A stretch of DNA of 64,000 bases from Gemmatimonadaceae bacterium (GTDB taxonomy: Bacteria; Gemmatimonadota; Gemmatimonadetes; Gemmatimonadales; Gemmatimonadaceae), in contig JBHYGA010000001.1 of assembly GCA_051859245.1 (NCBI GenBank), positions 320,001 to 384,000 of the forward strand. The letters run 5' to 3'. The position numbers and the translations under genes are program-made. The stretch's first letter is position 1. Each line of letters opens with the position of its first letter. The notes under the pieces were generated by a model that was given only the letters and a program-made list of their open reading frames with translations, did not search any database and was not told the DNA's origin. Shown here piece by piece: positions 57,940-64,000 of this stretch.

Positions 57940-60759
57940 ATGAACGAAGAAACGCCGCGCAATACCATCGCATCGCCCACCGACCATCTCGACCAACCGC
58001 TACGCGATGATATTCGCTGGCTGGGGCGACTGCTCGGCGATACGGTGCGAGAGCAAGAGGGCGAGCACGTCTTCAATCTGGTGGAGTCGGTGCGGCGAAC
58101 GGCGGTTCGGTTTGCGCGCGAGGGCAAGCTGGAGGATCGCAGCGAACTGAACACCATGCTCCATGATCTGCCCGAGGGCACGATGTTGTCGGTGGTGCGC
58201 GCCTTCACCTACTTCCTGCAACTGGCGAACATCGCAGAAGATGCGCACCAGATACGGCAGCAGCGAGACGCTGACCTTGCCGGCACACTGCGTGGCGAAG
58301 GCAGCGTGGCACACGCACTGCGCGTGCTTCGCCGCGATCCACGATACGGCGCGGCGGCAGAGCGCATCGCCAATGCGCTGCTCGACTTTTTCAACGACGC
58401 GCATATTTCGCCCGTGCTTACGGCCCATCCCACTGAAGTACAGCGGCAAAGCACCCAGCGCGCATTGCAAGGTATTCTCACGCTAATCGATCGGCGCGAC
58501 CGCGTGAAACAAACGCCGGATGAATTGCACGAGAGCAACGCCAAGCTGGTCCGACTGGTGCTTACGTTATGGCACACGCGCATGGTGCGTCCTAATCGTT
58601 TGCACGTGATCGACGAAGTGAAGAACTGCGTTCACTACTTCGAGCAGACCTTTCTTCAGGAACTGCCACGGCTGTACGGGTACACTGAAGACCTCATGCG
58701 TGCAGAGCTGCCCGGGCATGAGTGGCAGTTGCCGAGCTTCTTTCGCGTGGGCAGCTGGATTGGCGGGGACCGCGACGGCAATCCGTTTGTGAACGCGTCG
58801 GTACTCACAGAAACCGTTCGCCTGCAGAGTGGTGCGGCATTCAATCACTATTTGCACGAAGTACATTTGCTCGGCGAAGAGTTGCCGCTGTCGGGCATGT
58901 TGCTCCCGGTGAGCGCAGAACTGAAGGCACTCTCGGACGCCTCGCCGGACCGTCAGCCGCAGCGACTCGACGAGCCGTACCGACGCGCGCTCATTGGCAT
59001 CTACGCGCGACTCGCCTCAACAGCGCGTGCCCTGGATGTCGTCGCCACCTCGCGTTCGTCGGTGGCAACGGCAGCGCCGTATGCCAGCGCTGCCGAGTTC
59101 GCACGCGACCTCCAGATCATTCGTGACTCGCTGGCAGAGCACCGGGTTGAACGCCTCACGGTGGGTCGACTTCGGCGTCTGATCCGCGCGGTTGATGTGT
59201 TCGGGTTTCATCTGGCGCCGCTGGATCTTCGCCAAAACGCCGACGTGCACGAACGGGTCGTGGACGAGTTGTTGCGCGCCGCTGGCGTGTGCGATGACTA
59301 TCGCGCGCTTGCTGAACCAGAGCGCATCGCGCTGCTCGAACGGGAGCTACGAGGCATGCGTCCGTTGTACGCCACCTATCTCGGGTACAGCGACGAAACG
59401 CGAGGTGAGCTGGACATCGTGTTCGCTGCGTCTGCATTGCGCGCGCAGTTCGGGAACGAGGCTTTACCGCACTACATCATTTCGAAGTGTGACGGCGTCT
59501 CCGATCTGCTCGAGGTCGCAGTATTGCTGAAAGAAGCGGCGTTGATGTCGAGTGGCGATGCGCCATCGTTGCGCATGGCAATTATTCCGCTCTTTGAAAC
59601 AATCGACGACCTGCGAAACGCTGCGCGTACCATGCGTGCGGCCTTCGCACTGCCTCTTTACCGATCACTCGTCACATCAATGGGCAATGTGCACGAAGTG
59701 ATGCTGGGCTATTCCGATAGCAATAAGGACGGAGGGTTTCTGACATCCGGCTGGGAGTTGTATCAAGCGGAACTCGCGTTGATGCAACTGTTCAAGGAAG
59801 AGGGTGTGACGCTGCGCCTTTTTCATGGCCGCGGTGGTTCAGTGGGGCGGGGTGGAGGGCCAAGTTATCAGGCGGTGCTCGCCCAGCCCGCCGGTGTGGT
59901 GAACGGACAGATTCGTATCACCGAACAAGGCGAAGTGATCACGTCAAAGTACTCTACTCCAGAAGTTGGTCGTCGCAACCTTGAGCGGCTCATGGCGGCC
60001 ACCATCGAAGCCACGCTCACGGATCACGAGTCGGCGGTCGAGCCTGCAGAGATGTTTCATCCGGTGATGGACCGACTGTCGGCGCTTGCGTTTCGCGCCT
60101 ACCGTGCGCTCGTCTACGAAACACCTGGCTTTACGCAGTACTTTCACGAATCAACGCCACTGTCGGAGATTGCCACGCTCAACATTGGGAGTCGCCCGTC
60201 GTCACGTGCGTCTTCAGGACGTATCGAAGACTTACGAGCGATTCCCTGGGTGTTTTCCTGGGCCCAGTGTCGTGTATTGTTGCCGGGATGGTACGGGTTT
60301 GGCAGCGCGGTCGACGCGTGGATCGACGAGAACGCCGACGGCATGGAGACGCTGCAGCGCATGGCGCGCACGTGGCCGTTCTTTCGTATGCTGCTCTCCA
60401 ACATGGCCATGGTGCTCGGCAAGTCCGACATGGCCGTGGCTTCACGCTACGCGGAGCTGGTCACCGATGTCGCGTTGCGTGCACAGATATTTGGCACGAT
60501 CGAAGCGGAGTGGCATCGCACGCGCCGCGCACTGCTGGCGATTACGGGACAGTCGCGTTTGCTCGGCGACAATCCCGATCTGGAACGCTCCTTCGCGAAT
60601 CGTGTGCCATACATGGATCCGCTCAATCACTTGCAGATCGCGCTGCTGCGACGGCATCGCGCAGCGGCGGCGAGCGATGCTGGCCCGGAGAACCGGATCG
60701 AACGTGGAATTCACCTGACGATCAACGGTATTTCGGCGGGGCTTCGGAATAGCGGGTGA
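57940..60759 (+). CDS. ppc: Phosphoenolpyruvate carboxylase
   Basis: VLTAHPTE, SWIGGDRDGNP, VMLGYSDSNKDGG, FHGRGGSVGRGGGP, TEQGE, LRAIPWVFSW, GLRNSG. Confidence 0.97.
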   Translation: MNEETPRNTIASPTDHLDQPLRDDIRWLGRLLGDTVREQEGEHVFNLVESVRRTAVRFAREGKLEDRSELNTMLHDLPEGTMLSVVRAFTYFLQLANIAEDAHQIRQQRDADLAGTLRGEGSVAHALRVLRRDPRYGAAAERIANALLDFFNDAHISPVLTAHPTEVQRQSTQRALQGILTLIDRRDRVKQTPDELHESNAKLVRLVLTLWHTRMVRPNRLHVIDEVKNCVHYFEQTFLQELPRLYGYTEDLMRAELPGHEWQLPSFFRVGSWIGGDRDGNPFVNASVLTETVRLQSGAAFNHYLHEVHLLGEELPLSGMLLPVSAELKALSDASPDRQPQRLDEPYRRALIGIYARLASTARALDVVATSRSSVATAAPYASAAEFARDLQIIRDSLAEHRVERLTVGRLRRLIRAVDVFGFHLAPLDLRQNADVHERVVDELLRAAGVCDDYRALAEPERIALLERELRGMRPLYATYLGYSDETRGELDIVFAASALRAQFGNEALPHYIISKCDGVSDLLEVAVLLKEAALMSSGDAPSLRMAIIPLFETIDDLRNAARTMRAAFALPLYRSLVTSMGNVHEVMLGYSDSNKDGGFLTSGWELYQAELALMQLFKEEGVTLRLFHGRGGSVGRGGGPSYQAVLAQPAGVVNGQIRITEQGEVITSKYSTPEVGRRNLERLMAATIEATLTDHESAVEPAEMFHPVMDRLSALAFRAYRALVYETPGFTQYFHESTPLSEIATLNIGSRPSSRASSGRIEDLRAIPWVFSWAQCRVLLPGWYGFGSAVDAWIDENADGMETLQRMARTWPFFRMLLSNMAMVLGKSDMAVASRYAELVTDVALRAQIFGTIEAEWHRTRRALLAITGQSRLLGDNPDLERSFANRVPYMDPLNHLQIALLRRHRAAAASDAGPENRIERGIHLTINGISAGLRNSG

Positions 60760-60806
60760 GCCGCAGGTTGTCCTCACGAGATGCGAAGCTGCGCAGGGTG
60801 CGTTGA

Positions 60807-61193
60807 CTACCGGTCTGACGAATCATCGAACGGACCACGAAACAAGACGACACCGTACACACTTGCCATGATCAGCATCGGTGCCGTCACCATTCGGATC
60901 GCGAGCGTCGGATTGTTCGCCTTCAGCAAAGCGAGCGCACTCACGGTGTACAAAACCAGGTTGAGATTGACAGCCGGACGTCCGTAGATCCCTCCGAGAA
61001 TCATCGCACGCGAGTTCCAGTTGAACAACGCAACGCTCAGCCAGGCCGCGGCGATCATTTGACCTAGCCATGCGGCAGAGGAAGGCAGGCCCGGCACGAG
61101 CAGTGGAAGCAATACTTCACTTGCGAACAGCAGCGCCGTGCCGGCGAGTGCCAGCACCGCCGCGCTGATCACCGAGATGGTTGTGGAGATCAC
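60807..61193 (-). CDS. Hypothetical membrane protein
   Basis: Four hydrophobic segments; GGIYGRP motif. Confidence 0.72.
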   Translation of the reverse strand: MISTTISVISAAVLALAGTALLFASEVLLPLLVPGLPSSAAWLGQMIAAAWLSVALFNWNSRAMILGGIYGRPAVNLNLVLYTVSALALLKANNPTLAIRMVTAPMLIMASVYGVVLFRGPFDDSSDR

Positions 61194-61315
61194 GATCAGT
61201 CCTCACGGTGAAGGGTATCCTGCGCAGGCGTATTGCCGAGTCGCCACGCGCGATGCAGCTTCTACTTGAGTACCTCACCAAAGCTCGTCGGCGCGCTCCT
61301 TGACTCCTCCTTCCG

Positions 61316-62470
61316 ATGACCGACTCTCGACGTGATTTTCTCCGCGCCAGCGCAGTACTCGGCGCCGCCTTCGCACTGAAACCGTCGCTGGCACACGCGA
61401 CTGAGCGCATCGCACAAACGTCGCCTACCCACACCGTGCACTCTGGCTCTGCGAAAAAGCTGCTGATCCTGGGCGGCACGGGTTTCATCGGGCCGAACAC
61501 CGTAAAATACGCGCTCGCACGCGGCCACGAAGTCACGATTCTCACGCGTGGGCGCAGCGCCACAAAGGTGGAAGGTGTCGAACACATCATCGCCGATCGA
61601 GAGGGCGACCTTGGCATGCTCTCCGCGCGAAAGTGGGACGCAGTGCTCGACAATAATGCGCGCGACTATCGCTGGGTGCAGCGCAGCACCAAGGCGCTGC
61701 GGAACTCGACGGATCAGTATCTCTTCGTCTCCTCGATCTCCGCGTATGCGACGCCGTCCATGAGCTACAACAATGCGGGCGACGTGCGCATGCAGCCCGT
61801 GGCTGAATCGTACGAGCGTTTCACGCCGCCGGCGAACTGGAAGGACGGAGACGACGCACCGTACGGGCTGACGAAAGCGATCTCAGAGAACATTGTGCAC
61901 GAAGTGTTTCCGGGACGCGCAACGGTGGTGCGCCCGGGGCTTATTGTTGGTCCAACGGATCCCACGGATCGCTGGACGTACTGGCCGGTGCGTGTTGATG
62001 AAGGCGGCGAAGTGCTTGCACCCGGCAATCCGAATCATTCGTCGCAGGTTATTGATCAGCGCGACCTGACGGAGTGGATTGTCCGTCTCGCCGAGTCTGG
62101 TACGGTTGGAGATTTCAACGCAACAGGCCCGGCGACGCGCATGACATTCGCCGAGATGCTCGCTGGATGTCGCGCTGTGACGTCGTCACCAGTGCGATTC
62201 ACATGGGTGTCGGAAGCGTTTCTTGCCGAGCAGAAGGTCGCGATCTGGAGTCAAATGCCCGCCTGGGCGCCAGGCGATCCGCTCATGTACGTGGACGTGT
62301 CGCGCGCCGTCGCGAACGGGCTGACGTATCGCCCACTCGCCGACACCGCGCGCGACACCATCGCATGGGATAAAGCTCGACCGGCGGCCGAGCGCGAGAA
62401 GCGCGCGGCGGGCATTTCTCGGGAGCGAGAGAAGGAGTTGCTCACACTTTGGCACCAGCGGAGCAAGTGA
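61316..62470 (+). CDS. NAD-dependent epimerase/dehydratase (atypical SDR) with Tat signal
   Basis: SRRDFL Tat motif; LILGGTGFIG, YLFVSSISAY, YGLTK, VRPGLIVGP. Confidence 0.9.
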   Translation: MTDSRRDFLRASAVLGAAFALKPSLAHATERIAQTSPTHTVHSGSAKKLLILGGTGFIGPNTVKYALARGHEVTILTRGRSATKVEGVEHIIADREGDLGMLSARKWDAVLDNNARDYRWVQRSTKALRNSTDQYLFVSSISAYATPSMSYNNAGDVRMQPVAESYERFTPPANWKDGDDAPYGLTKAISENIVHEVFPGRATVVRPGLIVGPTDPTDRWTYWPVRVDEGGEVLAPGNPNHSSQVIDQRDLTEWIVRLAESGTVGDFNATGPATRMTFAEMLAGCRAVTSSPVRFTWVSEAFLAEQKVAIWSQMPAWAPGDPLMYVDVSRAVANGLTYRPLADTARDTIAWDKARPAAEREKRAAGISREREKELLTLWHQRSK

Positions 62471-62474
62471 CGTT

Positions 62475-62595
62475 ATGTCGAACGACAACACGATTCAGGT
62501 GGCCTATGCCGCCTTCGCGAACAACGATCCGTCGGTGCTGTTCGGCGCAATGTCGCAGGATATCCAATGGTATGAAGCCGAAGGCAATCCGCTTG
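62475..62595 (+). pseudogene. 5' fragment of a SnoaL/NTF2-like (ketosteroid isomerase-related) gene
   Basis: MSNDNTIQVAYAAFANNDPSVLFGAMSQDIQWYEAEGNPL resembles an NTF2-like N-terminus. The frame then loses family character and overlaps the next gene. Confidence 0.65.
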
Positions 62596-62701
62596 AAGGC
62601 GCGTCACGGGGCCTTGAGCCCGGGTTTCTTGAGCCGTGTCCGCTTTCGGGCGGGTTTCGCGCCTCAAGCGTGAACCCTCAAGCCACGAGGCACGTTTTCT
62701 C

Positions 62702-63898
62702 ATGTCCCGCCGCACTCTGCCGTTCGTCGCCGTCTCAGCTTTTTGTGCTGCACTCGCAATCGCCGTCCCAAGTGAGGCTGTCTCCGCTCAGGAGAAGGCC
62801 CCGCTTATCGACCAGGATATTCGGGCCTCGGCGTCGTATCTCCGATACTACGCGTCCCCGTCCCCATTCGTCCGCAGTGCTGTTGGTACATCATGGGATC
62901 GCACGGTGTACGTCGCTGATCCAACGGCCTCCGTCTCGGGAATTTCCTGCGCGCTGTTCCTCGTGACGTGGTCGCAGTGCGTAAACAACCCGAATGACCC
63001 GTCCGTCAGTCAGTTCGAGTTCGGGTCCGCAGGAGCCGAGACGAATACGGCTGGCGAGTTGGTGTCCCGACAGATCCAGACGACGCCGCTCAGCGGCAGC
63101 GTAAACCGCCCCACGGAGGGATCGGCGTCTGCGAAGGCAGAAACAGAAATCGGCAGCAACAAGGTTTTCGCAGCGGCGCGCGGCGGCTTTGAACGCGAAG
63201 TCTTCTTTCCGTCGTACATCAGTTTCCAAAACGGCGGCTCAGGCGGCAGCGAAAAAGATGAACACCTCTGGTTGACAGGCGCGGCGATCAGTATCTGGTC
63301 GGACACCTTTACGCCCGACTTTACCGGCACGATGACGATCGGACTCAGCTCGTATCTGCATGGTAGTGCTGCGGAAGAGACGTCATACCTTGGCGCGCTA
63401 CCGTCGGGTGCGAATCGTCAGGCGGAATCCAACCTGCAGTTTGGTGTCTTCGACCCAACGCAAAAAACGTATTACGGCAGTGAGTTCAGCTACGAGTTTG
63501 ACTACAGCACTTTCAACGAGGGCATGCGATGGGTGACTGGCCTTGCCGCGGACTTCAGCGGCTTACCGTACGGTCTGTCGCCATACGCGCTGACGTTTGA
63601 TGTAATCGCCGGTCGCACCTACACAATGGTGATGAGTCTCGATGCAACGGCAGGGCAGAATGCGTTGATCGATCTGTTCGGGACATCGAAGGTGGACTAT
63701 TTCGAGGTCCCAGACGGCGGTGCTGTTGCCTTCGGCGGGGGAAGTTTCGCGCTGCGTAACGCGGGTGACGGCGATCCCGACGATGGCGGTCCGATCGACG
63801 GCGGGCCCGTGTCCAGCGTGCCTGAGCCCTCGATGGCGGCGCTACTCGGGGGCGCGCTGATACTGCTGCTGTTGCAACGTCGGCGCCGCGCAACATAG
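62702..63898 (+). CDS. PEP-CTERM sorting domain-containing surface protein
   Basis: Signal peptide; Ser/Thr/Gly-rich body; acidic Gly linker; VPEPSMAALLGGALILLLLQRRRR. Confidence 0.9.
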   Translation: MSRRTLPFVAVSAFCAALAIAVPSEAVSAQEKAPLIDQDIRASASYLRYYASPSPFVRSAVGTSWDRTVYVADPTASVSGISCALFLVTWSQCVNNPNDPSVSQFEFGSAGAETNTAGELVSRQIQTTPLSGSVNRPTEGSASAKAETEIGSNKVFAAARGGFEREVFFPSYISFQNGGSGGSEKDEHLWLTGAAISIWSDTFTPDFTGTMTIGLSSYLHGSAAEETSYLGALPSGANRQAESNLQFGVFDPTQKTYYGSEFSYEFDYSTFNEGMRWVTGLAADFSGLPYGLSPYALTFDVIAGRTYTMVMSLDATAGQNALIDLFGTSKVDYFEVPDGGAVAFGGGSFALRNAGDGDPDDGGPIDGGPVSSVPEPSMAALLGGALILLLLQRRRRAT

Positions 63899-63943
63899 GC
63901 GGTTCTTGCTGGACAAATGCGGTGATTGGGCGGACATTCTGTC

Positions 63944-64000
63944 ATGCGCATGCACAGACGTCAGTTCGCAACGATCGTAGGAGGCGCCGCCGCCGCTCTC
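63944..64000 (+). CDS. Partial CDS (Tat-like signal peptide) running off the window
   Basis: MRMHRRQFATIVGGAAAAL, open to the window end. Confidence 0.5.
   Translation, partial: MRMHRRQFATIVGGAAAAL

Noticed and set aside
62475..62966. Full 163-aa ORF as a real gene
   Set aside because: Only the first ~40 aa look protein-like; the rest overlaps the PEP-CTERM gene out of frame.
1..64000. CRISPR array, tRNA/rRNA, IS elements, prophage or anti-phage defence genes
   Set aside because: No regularly spaced repeats, RNA gene signatures, transposase/integrase or defence motifs were seen, and intergenic gaps are short.

Overview
This is a gene-dense, GC-rich bacterial chromosomal window of about 60 CDS. 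I saw no rRNA, tRNA, CRISPR array, integrase or transposase. Gene content (Hanks-type kinase with a PD40 partner, secreted amidohydrolase pair, many Tat-exported proteins, PEP-CTERM protein) suggests a Gram-negative organism, most likely Gemmatimonadota; this is an inference. Recognisable modules are: a non-canonical cbb3-type oxidase operon (CcoS-like::CcoN, CcoO, mono-haem cytochrome c, SCO, CtaG-like), PhoD, MscS, Ku-LigD end joining, an Mla/Pqi-type ABC system, two signalling pairs, PEP carboxylase, and several redox enzymes. The best candidate for an uncharacterised system is a tightly coupled operon encoding an N-formylglutamate amidohydrolase-like protein, a QEGLA/DUF1704 (MATCAP-like) metallocarboxypeptidase and a GshB-like ATP-grasp ligase, directly upstream of Ku-LigD. 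It may be a reversible peptide-tagging system. Other highlights are: an inverted repeat resembling the rifamycin-associated element (RAE) in front of a Rox-like flavin monooxygenase; a four-domain multicopper oxidase with its copper motifs in inverted order; a cytochrome c fused to a PHM/DBH-type copper monooxygenase; several operator-like palindromes and phased repeats; a 1-bp frameshift in a serine hydrolase; and a truncated SnoaL/NTF2 gene. All family calls come from motif recognition by eye, not from database searches.
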